Below, one piece after another: positions 15,773 to 24,000 of a stretch of DNA of 24,000 bases (position 1 is its first letter; the number at the start of each line of letters is the position of its first letter). Under the pieces are notes generated by a model. That model did no database searches. It was not told the origin of the DNA and saw only the letters and a list, made by a program, of their open reading frames with translations. Location: assembly GCA_026707935.1 (NCBI GenBank), contig JAPOVX010000026.1, positions 6,559-30,558 of the forward strand. The letters are read 5' to 3'. A program made the position numbers and the translations under genes. The stretch comes from Paracoccaceae bacterium (GTDB taxonomy: Bacteria > Pseudomonadota > Alphaproteobacteria > Rhodobacterales > Rhodobacteraceae).

Positions 15773-15859
15773 ATCCTTCTCACAGGTGAATACAGATGGC
15801 GCAAATTGGTGACCGAAAGACCTTAACGTACTATTTTGCACTCATCCGGAACAGACCCG
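15773..15859 (-). repeat. right terminal IR (15822-15859) plus a 49-bp remnant of the tnpA 3' end; perfect inverted copy of 8648-8734
   Basis: Base-by-base comparison shows that 15773-15859 is the exact reverse complement of 8648-8734. Similarity stops abruptly at 15772/8735. Confidence 0.9.
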
Positions 15860-15864
15860 AACAG
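15860..15864. repeat. right copy of the 5-bp target-site duplication AACAG
   Basis: It lies immediately outside the right IR and matches 8643-8647. Confidence 0.55.
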
Positions 15865-16335
15865 GGGGCCGTAACGGTCGGGGGCGATTCCGGCGGCTTC
15901 AATATAGTCCCGGAGATAGGTCTCGAGGTTGTGATGGCAGGTAACTTCCAGCACCTTTCCGCCTTTCTCAGGCAGGCGCAGCCAGAGACGGCCTTCGGTG
16001 AGAATGACGTCCTTCGCGTTCATGGCGAGAGCTGCGGATACGCGCGCGAAGCTGTTCGTCATGGTTGCGAACAAGTCGCGGTCGCGAAGACCTCCAACGG
16101 TCTCAACCGGGATGGAGCGCAGGACGCGGCGGCACGCGGCGGCGGAAAGAACCGCCGGCACGGCAGACATGCGCCCTTGTTTTTGCACTGGTGCAGGAAC
16201 CGGCGGCTATGTGATCGCCCCCGCGTCGTCTTGACCTCGGGAAGCACCGCGACCGCATTTGCAACGAGGTGATCGAACCGTCGGCATTTGCATCTGTTGC
16301 TTGCCTTGGGACGGACAGGTGTCAGAAAACGAGTC
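15860..16335 (-). pseudogene. tyrosine recombinase (phage-integrase family), N-terminal and core part; truncated by the Tn3 unit and frameshifted upstream
   Basis: ...AVPAVLSAAACRRVLRSIPVETVGGLRDRDLFATMTNSFARVSAALAMNAKDVILTEGRLWLRLPEKGGKVLEVTCHHNLETYLRDYIEAAGIAPDRYGPLF matches the core-binding/early catalytic region of a common alphaproteobacterial integrase type. Upstream, N-terminal-domain-like sequence (..RRFDHLVANAVAVLPEVKTTRGRSHS..) is in a different frame, and an in-frame stop lies 8 codons before the GTG at 16188. Confidence 0.7.
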
Positions 16336-16402
16336 TACGGCACGACCTTCGATGCCACGGCGTCAATCCGCGTTTACGATACTCGAATTCGAACAGGATT
16401 TT

Positions 16403-17437
16403 TCAGATCGTTTCGGTTACCTTGCGCAAGTGCAGTGGCGCATCAGGATCCAGCCCGCGCGCCCGCGCGAACGCCTCGACAAAACGATAGAAGGTAATCG
16501 CCTGGCACAATGGCGTGAGCAGCGGATGCGGTGATTCTGCGGTCGGCAATGAGGCGCATCCGGTCACATTGGCGCCGACGACCGCGACGGTCGCTCCGGC
16601 CGTTGCCAGTGAACGTGCAGAATCGACGACGCTTTGGCGACTCGCATCGTCGGTGACAAACGCAAGAACGGCAAGTTCCTTCGCGGCGAGCGCCATCGGG
16701 CCGTGCCGAACCTCCGCGGCGCTGAAAGCCTCCGCGTGCAACCGGGCAACTTCTTTCAGTTTCAGCGCGATTTCACCGGCCAACGCCAAGCCAGGCCCCC
16801 GGCTTACCACGAACGCCGTAGCTGCCTGCGTCAATGAGACAGACAAGCATTGCCATTCGAGTGCCAGCGCTCTTTCGGCGATTGCCGGCAATCGCCGAAG
16901 AGCGTCCTCCAGGGCGTCATCCCGGTTGAGGCGGGCGTGAAGCGCAGCAACCGCAAACAGGCTGGCGACAAAGGACTTCGTTGCCGCAACAGAAATCTCC
17001 GGCCCCGCCAGACTTGGCAACACCCGTTCTGCGGCTGTGCCGACGGGCGAATCCACCGTATTCAACAGCGCAATCGTCTGTGCGCCGCCCCGTGCCGCAG
17101 CGGCCTGGAGCGCAACCAGATCCGGACTGCCGCCGGACTGGGAAATCGTCAGGCAGACGCCGCCTTCAAGCTTGAGTGGCGCGTCGAACACCGAAGCGAC
17201 CGAAGGCCCAACCGAAGCGACCGGAATACCGGCAGACGTTTCCATCAGATACTTGAAGTAGGTCGCCGCATGGTCTGACGTACCGCGGGCGCAGGTAACA
17301 AACAGGCTCGGTGACAATCCGCGCAGCCAGTCCGCCGCTTCAAAGTAGATGGGCAGCCCTTCGCTGATCTGCCTTGCCAGGACCCGTGGAATCTCGGACG
17401 TTTCCGCAAACATTCGCGTGGTCTTGCCGGTCATCAC
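16403..17437 (-). CDS. double-SIS-domain sugar-phosphate isomerase/deglycase-like protein (GlmS C-terminal / FrlB / AgaS-like)
   Basis: 344 aa with CARGTSDHAATYFKYL, ISQSGGSPD, ...AATKSF... and a second SIS-like half (VVSRGPGLALAGEIALKLKE). There is no glutaminase domain. Confidence 0.8.
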   Translation of the reverse strand: MMTGKTTRMFAETSEIPRVLARQISEGLPIYFEAADWLRGLSPSLFVTCARGTSDHAATYFKYLMETSAGIPVASVGPSVASVFDAPLKLEGGVCLTISQSGGSPDLVALQAAAARGGAQTIALLNTVDSPVGTAAERVLPSLAGPEISVAATKSFVASLFAVAALHARLNRDDALEDALRRLPAIAERALALEWQCLSVSLTQAATAFVVSRGPGLALAGEIALKLKEVARLHAEAFSAAEVRHGPMALAAKELAVLAFVTDDASRQSVVDSARSLATAGATVAVVGANVTGCASLPTAESPHPLLTPLCQAITFYRFVEAFARARGLDPDAPLHLRKVTETI

Positions 17438-17447
17438 AATGATCCGC

Positions 17448-18203
17448 TCAGTTTACGCCGGTGATCATCGACACGATCTCGTTCTTGTCGGTTTCCGCCG
17501 TACGGCGGACGCCAATCTGAACTCCGCGCCTGAGGACGCAAATGCGGTCGGAAAGACGGAATACCTGGTCAAGACTGTGGCTGACGAGCAGGATTGCCAA
17601 GTTGCGTTCGCGCAGGCCCGAAATGGTTTTCTCGACCTTCGCAGTTTCCGCAACTCCCAGCGCCGCGGTCGGTTCGTCGAGCAAGATCAGCTTCCTGGCC
17701 CAGTGCGTTGCCCGTGCTATCGCGACACCCTGGCGCTGGCCGCCTGACAGATCACGCATACTCGCTCTTACGGACTGAACATGGACATCCAGTTGATCGA
17801 GAAGCGCCCGGGTTTTGGAAATCATCTCCCTGCGGTCCAGCAGGCGCAAGGGGCCGTTCACGAGTTCGCGGCCGAGAAACATGTTCATGTAGACCGGCTG
17901 CTGGTCGGCGAGCGCGAGGTCCTGATAGACAACCTCGATTCCGCGTGAGCGTGCTGCGCTGGCGTCGCCGAATGAGGCAGATTCGCCGTCGATTTCCATC
18001 GTGCCGCTTGTTGGTGCGTAAACGCCCGATATGATCTTGACGAGCGTGGATTTTCCCGCGCCGTTGTCGCCGACAAGCGCAAGAATCTCGGCCGACCTGA
18101 GGTCAAGCGAAAGGTTCTCGATCGCCACAATGCCACCGAATACCTTGTGGATGTTCTTCAAGGAAAGCACCGGCGCGTATGTCGCGGCAGTCATGTTCAG
18201 CAT
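17448..18203 (-). CDS. ABC transporter ATP-binding protein (single NBD, sugar/CUT2-like)
   Basis: 251 aa with Walker A GDNGAGKST, signature LSGGQRQ, Walker B LILLDEPTAAL and an H-loop SHSL. It overlaps the upstream gene by 7 nt. Confidence 0.9.
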   Translation of the reverse strand: MLNMTAATYAPVLSLKNIHKVFGGIVAIENLSLDLRSAEILALVGDNGAGKSTLVKIISGVYAPTSGTMEIDGESASFGDASAARSRGIEVVYQDLALADQQPVYMNMFLGRELVNGPLRLLDRREMISKTRALLDQLDVHVQSVRASMRDLSGGQRQGVAIARATHWARKLILLDEPTAALGVAETAKVEKTISGLRERNLAILLVSHSLDQVFRLSDRICVLRRGVQIGVRRTAETDKNEIVSMITGVN

Positions 18204-19405
18204 CCGAAGTCAGGCCAGCATTCACTCTGGCCAAAGCAGTTTTCGATGGTCTCGACTTCCGGATTGCCCCGGGAAACACCCGAGACACCTACTGTAAATG
18301 CGCGGGTCACGAAAGCCTGTCCGCGAAAGCCGAAAACCACGCTGTCGCCGGTCTTTGGTTTCACCTTTCCCGCACAATCGATCATGCCGTAATAGTCGAT
18401 GGACGAAGGCGACGGTATTTCCACGCTTGCGAGCGCTGTGGGAGCGGTCGCAGGCTCGTCGGAAACGATTGCCTTGACATCGTAGTCAGGGAAAACCGGA
18501 TCGATGTAGAGCCCGCCGCCAAAACAGTATGCCCTGTCGCCGTGCAGGTGGGACACCTCGGTCAGGTAGAGGACGGCAGGCCTTTCGGGCAGATCTTCCA
18601 ACGCATGCAACGGTGTCGTGCCATGCAGGCCATTTCCAGGCTCGCATTGTGTTGCACCGGCGTCGGCCAGCGCATCCAGCACGATCGATGACGTTGTGCC
18701 CGGTGCGTTTATCTCCACCTCCTGCCGTCCGGCCTTCGCCAACGCGCCTGCCGCTCTTTCGAGTGTTGCGAGGTTCGGTGTCGGGGAAACCTTGCGCGTC
18801 CGTTCGTCAAAGAGAAGCGCCGGAAATGTGGTGATGCCCGCAAAATGCGCTCCTGCCAGTCCGTCGATCCGGTCCGCAACGGACACGATTTCGTTCGCCG
18901 GGTATCCACCTTCATGACCCCGAAAAAAGATATCGCCGTCCGTCTGGATCCGCGCAAGGAGAGCCTGGTCGCGACCAGCCGCGGCCGAGGCCCGCGCGGC
19001 TTCAGATGCCTTCGCGTCCCCGAATACAGTCCAGAAGTCGGGCCCGATTCGGGTAGCGGCCGGATTGGCCTCGAAGCGGGGCACCTGGACGAGATGGCCG
19101 AGGTGACCCGTCTTCAGTCCCGCCCGGCTGCAGGCCACCGCGCATGCCATGTCGACCGCGACGGCGCGGTCGATACCAGCGCGCAGGACCGCCCGACAAA
19201 AGCCGCCGTTGCGGCCGACCTGCTTCGTCATTGCAAACACTTTCAGGCCGCGCCTCGCGGCTTCAGCCTTGAAAAGGCGCGAATTTTCCTCGACCGCGTC
19301 AAGATCGAGAACATACGAATTGGCAGGGATCTTGCCCTCGCGGTGCAGCCTTATGGCGGCTTCGACGAATCGCGGGTTCCGCCGTCTGAGAACATCGAGA
19401 AACAT
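18197..19405 (-). CDS. YhfX-like PLP-dependent enzyme (alanine-racemase-fold, putative amino-acid racemase)
   Basis: The 402-aa protein is alignable by eye along its length with my recollection of E. coli YhfX: MF.D.L+.+NP..., AMTKQ.GRN, GHLGHLVQ.P, L.G.T.FP.LL.DE...KV.PTPNL.TL, N.PG.TS, EPG..L.GT.P, GGG.Y, SIDYY, F.FR.Q.FVTR, V.G...G.PE. Confidence 0.7.
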   Translation of the reverse strand: MFLDVLRRRNPRFVEAAIRLHREGKIPANSYVLDLDAVEENSRLFKAEAARRGLKVFAMTKQVGRNGGFCRAVLRAGIDRAVAVDMACAVACSRAGLKTGHLGHLVQVPRFEANPAATRIGPDFWTVFGDAKASEAARASAAAGRDQALLARIQTDGDIFFRGHEGGYPANEIVSVADRIDGLAGAHFAGITTFPALLFDERTRKVSPTPNLATLERAAGALAKAGRQEVEINAPGTTSSIVLDALADAGATQCEPGNGLHGTTPLHALEDLPERPAVLYLTEVSHLHGDRAYCFGGGLYIDPVFPDYDVKAIVSDEPATAPTALASVEIPSPSSIDYYGMIDCAGKVKPKTGDSVVFGFRGQAFVTRAFTVGVSGVSRGNPEVETIENCFGQSECWPDFGC

Positions 19406-20373
19406 CGCGCCATCTCCGATCGTTTCAATTCGTGCAGCGAGATCGCCACGGCGACCAGAATGATCAGACCACGCACGATCATCTGGTCGGAAACTGCAAG
19501 CCCCATGAGTATGAGACCGTTGTTGAGCATTCCCATCAGGAGCGATCCGAAGAGTGCTCCTATGATCGTGCCTTTCCCACCGTTTAGAGCCGTACCGCCA
19601 ACTATGACTGCGGCGATCACGGTCAGGAGATCGCTTTCACCAAGCGTGTATTTCGCCGCCTGCAGGCGGCCAGCATAAAGCAGGCCCGCAAGACCGGCGC
19701 AACCGCCGCTGATCGCGAGCACGAGAAGGCGAATTCTGGTCACCCTGATGCCGGACGCCTGGGCAGCGCCCGCATTGTCACCGGTCGCAATCACATGGGC
19801 GCCAAAAGGCGTTTCCCGATAGACCAGGTGCCCAACGATGACAGCGCCCAGAGTCCAGAAGATGAGTGACGGAACGCCAAAGAGCGAACCGGAGCCAAAA
19901 ATGCCGGTGAATGTATCATTGATAACGGGGATCGATCGCAGATCGGTCATGGATCGGGCAACGCCCGCGAACAAACCGAGCGTCGCCAGCGTGACCAGAA
20001 ACGACGGCAGGCGCAGCCAGGCCACCATCGCGCCGTTAAAGAAGCCGATTGCCAATCCGGCGCCCAGCCCGGCCAGGATCCCGAAAAGCATGGAATGGTT
20101 CTGCATCACCACGGCGGCCGACAGCGCGGAAACGGCGGTGATCGAGCCGAAGGACAGATCGATTTCCCCGGCCGAAAGCACGAAGACAAAACCGATCGCC
20201 ATGAGCGTTGCGGGGGCGGTCTGCAGAACGATGTTGGACAGATTCCGCGTGGTCAGGAAACCGTCATCGTGAAGTGTAAAGGCGAAAAACAGGAAGATTG
20301 CGAGAAACCCGGCATAGATAACGCCACCTTGCAGGTCTCGTCCTCTTGCAATCGCTGGCAGCCAACGGATCAT
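19351..20373 (-). CDS. ABC transporter permease (RbsC/AraH-type)
   Basis: A highly hydrophobic multi-span protein. Start set at Met19 of the track ORF (ATG at 20373-20371, GAGAGG upstream); an alternative start is at 20427. The 3' end overlaps the next gene's start by 55 nt. Confidence 0.8.
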   Translation of the reverse strand: MIRWLPAIARGRDLQGGVIYAGFLAIFLFFAFTLHDDGFLTTRNLSNIVLQTAPATLMAIGFVFVLSAGEIDLSFGSITAVSALSAAVVMQNHSMLFGILAGLGAGLAIGFFNGAMVAWLRLPSFLVTLATLGLFAGVARSMTDLRSIPVINDTFTGIFGSGSLFGVPSLIFWTLGAVIVGHLVYRETPFGAHVIATGDNAGAAQASGIRVTRIRLLVLAISGGCAGLAGLLYAGRLQAAKYTLGESDLLTVIAAVIVGGTALNGGKGTIIGALFGSLLMGMLNNGLILMGLAVSDQMIVRGLIILVAVAISLHELKRSEMARCFSMFSDGGTRDSSKPP

Positions 20374-20441
20374 CGGGCCTCTCGGAAGGGGCAGACCTTT
20401 TCCCGGCGGGCCGCCGCAACGGCCCACCGGGCCAGGGATGT

Positions 20442-21497
20442 CTACTGAGCCGACGTCACGCTTGCAGGCGGTTCCCTGTTCAACGAACGCATCCAGCCTT
20501 CGGTGACGTTCCCGGCGGTAACAGTGACGGCGGGTGCCACGACGAATGGCGGCGTTTCTTCGCCTACGAGCGCGCGCGCTCCGGCCGCCGCCATGGCGCG
20601 GCCCAGTTCATAAGCCTCGTCTGCAACGATCGCAACGACGTTTCCGCCCTTGACCATGTCAAGCGCGATCGGTTCGGATAGATCGAGTGTGACGATTTTC
20701 GTGGACTTGTTGCCGTTTGCACGAAGCACGGCAAGCACACCTTCCGCTGGTCCGGCCCAGGTGACATAGATGCCGCCAAGATCCGGGTTCTTGAGAAGCA
20801 TTGCGTGCGCGATATCCTCGGCGCGCGCTGGGTCCGCAATGCCCTGTTCTGCGACGATCTCGATTTCGGCGTAGTCGTTTTCGATCGTCGACTTGAAGGC
20901 GTTGTCGCGCTGGTTTGTCACGTAGTAGGCCGCGTCGTGATAGATCCATCCGACAGTCCCCTTGCCGCCCAAGGCCGCGGCCAGCGCGTCGGCCGCCTGC
21001 TTGCCCATCTGGAACAGGTCGTCGGTGACGATCGCCGCGTAATCAACCGGATGCACATAGTCCTTTGGCAGGTTGGACAGGAAGACCAGCTTGACGCCCT
21101 CGGCCTTGGCTTCCTTGAAGGCGGCGGCAGAGGTCACCGGGTCAAGCGGCAGTGACAGGATGATGTCAGGATCCTTCGCCAATGCAGTCTCGATGTCGCT
21201 GCGCTGCTTGGCAGCATCGAACGCGGCGTTCGTGACCGCAACGACCTCGATGCCAAGACGTGTGAATTCATCGCTCGCACCTGCGGTTACCGCGCTTACG
21301 AAGTCGGACTGGTCGTGCCAGAGCAATGCGGCCTTGTGGTTGCCGGCCATCAGCGCCGAAACCTTGTCGTCCGGAACGGTGATGCTTGACGAAGGCGTCG
21401 CTGACTCGCCACCCGGGCCGATTGTCTGGGCGCCAGCAGCGCCTCCAAACATCAAGCCAATGCCCGATATGGCGACAATTAGGTTTCTGAGTTTCAT
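20442..21497 (-). CDS. periplasmic sugar-type (type I PBP, RbsB-like) ABC substrate-binding protein
   Basis: 351 aa with signal peptide MKLRNLIVAISGIGLMFGGAAGA/Q, followed by the alternating alpha/beta pattern typical of LacI/RbsB-fold binding proteins. Confidence 0.8.
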   Translation of the reverse strand: MKLRNLIVAISGIGLMFGGAAGAQTIGPGGESATPSSSITVPDDKVSALMAGNHKAALLWHDQSDFVSAVTAGASDEFTRLGIEVVAVTNAAFDAAKQRSDIETALAKDPDIILSLPLDPVTSAAAFKEAKAEGVKLVFLSNLPKDYVHPVDYAAIVTDDLFQMGKQAADALAAALGGKGTVGWIYHDAAYYVTNQRDNAFKSTIENDYAEIEIVAEQGIADPARAEDIAHAMLLKNPDLGGIYVTWAGPAEGVLAVLRANGNKSTKIVTLDLSEPIALDMVKGGNVVAIVADEAYELGRAMAAAGARALVGEETPPFVVAPAVTVTAGNVTEGWMRSLNREPPASVTSAQ

Positions 21498-21520
21498 TTC
21501 AAGCCCTCCTTTGGCTGGAT

Positions 21521-22789
21521 TCAGTGGAATCGGGTTTCAGCCGTGCTGCAATAGCCGGCGATGAACACCGCGAACGCGATGATTCCGGCGATGTATTCGT
21601 CGACATTCACCCGCTCCTCGAGCGTGTGACAGTTGGCTATGTCGCCGGGCGCACTGTAGACGGCTGGACAGCCCATCCGGTTGACGAAGAAAGACGACTC
21701 CGACCAAAATGGAGCACCCTCGATTTCGCCGCGCCCTGGCATGGCTGCTGAAAGAGCTCTGGACAGTGCCCTGACCGGCGCGAGACCCGGATCGATCTCG
21801 GCAGGTAACCCGCCATGTTTCCGGTCACGACCCGACGGCCAGGCGATGTCGACGGAGATACCTTCCTCAACCGGCGCGCCGCGGATAACGGCCTCAAGTT
21901 CCGCAACCGCTCCGTCCATATCCTCGACCGGAAGAAGCTTCCGGATCAGCGAAAACGAGCATTCGCCAGGTACGGCGATATAGCCGCCACCCGAAATCCG
22001 CGTGACAAGTGCAAATCCCCTGCCGACCAGCGGGTGTTCCGCGCGTCTCGAGATCGCGTCCGAGTGTTTCCAGACCGCACCGAGAATAGCGTGCATCGCC
22101 TTGAGCGCATCGACGCCAAGTTCCGGCATTCCGAAATAGGCTGACTTTCCGGTAACGGTCACGTCGGCGATGAAGAAACCCATCTGTGCCGGGAAGACGG
22201 AAAGCCGCGTCGGTTCGACATAAACGGCAAAATCCGGCCGCGGGATTCGGCCGGACAATACCTGTTCGGTGTATTGCTTGATGCCAGCGCTGACGCCAAT
22301 GCCGGGTTCGCCGCTCTCCTCGTCGCCGACGAAGGCGAAGGCCACGTCTCCGGCAAGTCTGATCCCGGCCTTGTCGAGCAGGTCGAGCGCAGCAAGGGAC
22401 GCACAGATGCCCGCCTTCAGGTCCCCGGCGCCGCGACCCCAGATTTCACCGTCAACGATAGCGCCGCTGAAAGGATTCTCTCGTTCGGTCCCCTTCCATC
22501 GTTCCTTCCAGCCTCCGGCATGGACCGTGTCGGTGTGGCCGGCGAACAGCAGGCGCGGTCCTTCGCCCGACCCCTTGCGCTCGCCCCATATGTTTGGACG
22601 GCCGGGTAGGAATTCGGCTCGTTCCGGCGAAAGACTCCGTTCCTGCAACTGCACTTCAAGGAAGTCGGCAAAATCGGCCTCGTTACCGGTTACGCTTTGC
22701 CGTGCAATCGCACGCCGGAGAAGCGCCACCGCCTCCTCTCGGTCAACCAGGCCGGCAAATCGTTCCGCAAGAGCCGCGGATTCGTTCAT
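21521..22789 (-). CDS. M20-family metallohydrolase (ArgE/DapE/ACY1-like deacylase/peptidase)
   Basis: 422 aa with LLFAGHTDTV, GRGAGDLKAG and VGDEESG metal-ligand motifs. Its start overlaps the ROK gene's stop (ATGA at 22786-22789). Confidence 0.85.
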   Translation of the reverse strand: MNESAALAERFAGLVDREEAVALLRRAIARQSVTGNEADFADFLEVQLQERSLSPERAEFLPGRPNIWGERKGSGEGPRLLFAGHTDTVHAGGWKERWKGTERENPFSGAIVDGEIWGRGAGDLKAGICASLAALDLLDKAGIRLAGDVAFAFVGDEESGEPGIGVSAGIKQYTEQVLSGRIPRPDFAVYVEPTRLSVFPAQMGFFIADVTVTGKSAYFGMPELGVDALKAMHAILGAVWKHSDAISRRAEHPLVGRGFALVTRISGGGYIAVPGECSFSLIRKLLPVEDMDGAVAELEAVIRGAPVEEGISVDIAWPSGRDRKHGGLPAEIDPGLAPVRALSRALSAAMPGRGEIEGAPFWSESSFFVNRMGCPAVYSAPGDIANCHTLEERVNVDEYIAGIIAFAVFIAGYCSTAETRFH

Positions 22790-24000
22790 TGCCGCGCATC
22801 CGCAAGCCTGACGACATCGGCGGGCGGCAATGATATTTCCGCACCCGGAACGCCCCCTGAAAACAGGATCGTGTGCAAGTGGCCCAGCCCGACCGCCGCG
22901 CCGCCGACGAGCGTCGACTGCGTGCCAAGTCGGGACGCGACAACTTCAACCGGCCTTGAAGAACACCTCGACACAGATGTCCGCACCCGATTCAGCATCT
23001 CGTCCCGGCCACCGATCGAACCGCCAAGGACGACGCGCTCCGGATTCGTGAGCGCCGATATTGCTACCACTGCCCTCGCGACGAGTTGCGCAGTTTCGTC
23101 AAGGACAGCCCGTGCCGCCGGGTCGCCTCTCGCCGAAAGATCGAAAATCGTCGGAACATCGACATCCTGACCGGTCTGCGCCCGATATCGCGTGCGCATG
23201 CCAACAGTCGCGGTAACGCGTTCAAGCGCTCCAACCCTCAGCGATTCCGGCTCGAACGGATCGGCTCCGAACGGCAGGAACCCGAGTTCGCCAGCTGCAC
23301 CGAGATGCCCGCGAACGAGTTCACCTCCGACCATGATGCCGGCACCGATACCGGTTCCAAGCGCCACATAGGCAAGATCGTCGAAACCCGCACCAGCGCC
23401 AATCCAGCTCTCTCCGATGACGGCCAAGTTGACATCGTTTTCGATGACGACGTCGAATCCGAGTTCCGCTTCCAGGCTGGCCGCAATGTCATGGGAGGCG
23501 AGACCGCGGATGTTCGGCGCCATCAGGACACGGCCGGTCGTTTCTTCGGGCACACCGGGCACGCCGATAACCGCGAGACGCACACGTCCGAAGGGGATGG
23601 CATTCTGCTTGGCTGCCTCGCGGCACATTCGTGCGATCTGCCTGACGACGGCCATTCCTCCTCGTCTGTCCGTCGGTTCGGTCAGAGCAGCAGGCACGCG
23701 ACATGATAGATCGGCGATGGCGGCGCGAACCTTGGTGCCACCGAGATCAACGGTCGCGATGCAGGCGGCGTCTGGAACGATTTCGTAGGTTATGGCGCTG
23801 CGTCCCACATGGCCGCTGGTCCGGCCGGTGCGGTGGATCCAGCCGCCCCTTTCCAGCAACAGAACGATCTCGGAAATAGTCTGCTTGGACAAGCCCGTCT
23901 GCCTGGCAATGCTTGCCCGGGAGATCGGTCCGCAATGCGTGATGTGCTCCATCACCGTACAAAGGGAGAACTGCCGTGAATGGAGTTTCGCGTCACTCAA
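22786..24000 (-). CDS. ROK-family transcriptional regulator, 5'-partial (runs off the window)
   Basis: It has an N-terminal wHTH (GPISRASIARQTGLSKQTISEIVLLLERGGWI), then VDLGGTKV, GVPGVP, NDVNLAVIGE and LGTGIGAGIMVGGELVRGHLGAAGELGF. The usual Cys-rich zinc motif after GELG is not evident. The frame is open at nt 24000. Confidence 0.85.
   Translation of the reverse strand: MSDAKLHSRQFSLCTVMEHITHCGPISRASIARQTGLSKQTISEIVLLLERGGWIHRTGRTSGHVGRSAITYEIVPDAACIATVDLGGTKVRAAIADLSCRVPAALTEPTDRRGGMAVVRQIARMCREAAKQNAIPFGRVRLAVIGVPGVPEETTGRVLMAPNIRGLASHDIAASLEAELGFDVVIENDVNLAVIGESWIGAGAGFDDLAYVALGTGIGAGIMVGGELVRGHLGAAGELGFLPFGADPFEPESLRVGALERVTATVGMRTRYRAQTGQDVDVPTIFDLSARGDPAARAVLDETAQLVARAVVAISALTNPERVVLGGSIGGRDEMLNRVRTSVSRCSSRPVEVVASRLGTQSTLVGGAAVGLGHLHTILFSGGVPGAEISLPPADVVRLADARQ

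Larger units (their letters stand above)
8648..15859. mobile_element. 7.2-kb Tn3-family transposable unit (core plus passenger module) bounded by identical inverted 38-bp IRs
   Basis: The outer IRs at 8648-8685 and 15822-15859 are identical. The identity extends to an 87-bp perfect inverted repeat (8648-8734 / 15773-15859). The unit is flanked by AACAG on both sides and interrupts an integrase reading frame precisely. Confidence 0.7.

Overview
High-GC window (codon usage and gene content suggest an alphaproteobacterium; this is inference) with two very different parts.

**Accessory mosaic, about 1-16,400**
- An operon-like trio at 8-2453: an unknown protein with an internal duplication, a protein with an ADP-ribosyltransferase-like C-terminus, and a small acidic ORF overlapping its stop codon.
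- Three tandem, translationally coupled paralogous genes for ribbon-helix-helix (MobC/CopG-like) proteins on the minus strand (3120-4394).
- An AT-rich divergent intergenic region carrying a reiterated ATTCATG motif (4485-4698).
- A lower-GC DUF2235/Tle1-like lipase gene (4931-6124).
- A mobile-element junkyard: a frameshifted, truncated IS110-family transposase (6637-7117) abuts a group II intron. The intron lacks its 5' ribozyme domains but keeps an intact reverse transcriptase/maturase ORF and a recognisable domain V.
- A 7.2-kb Tn3-family unit (8648-15859) with identical 38-bp terminal inverted repeats (IRs) and a 5-bp AACAG duplication. It precisely splits a tyrosine-integrase pseudogene.
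- The Tn3 unit holds a core (inactivated tnpA, res, tnpR, internal IR) and a passenger gene. The passenger encodes a signal-peptide protein with five ~130-aa tandem repeats followed by 6-7 ankyrin repeats.

**Conventional operon, 16,403-24,000**
A co-directional minus-strand operon: ROK regulator (partial), M20 peptidase, sugar-type ABC binding protein and permease, YhfX-like PLP enzyme, single-domain ABC ATPase, and a double-SIS (GlmS-C/FrlB-like) protein.

No rRNA, tRNA or CRISPR array was seen. The best candidates for novel biology are the ART-like/small-ORF pair with the triple RHH and lipase cluster, and the transposon-borne secreted repeat-ankyrin protein. All family assignments are by-eye motif recognition and need profile or structure searches.
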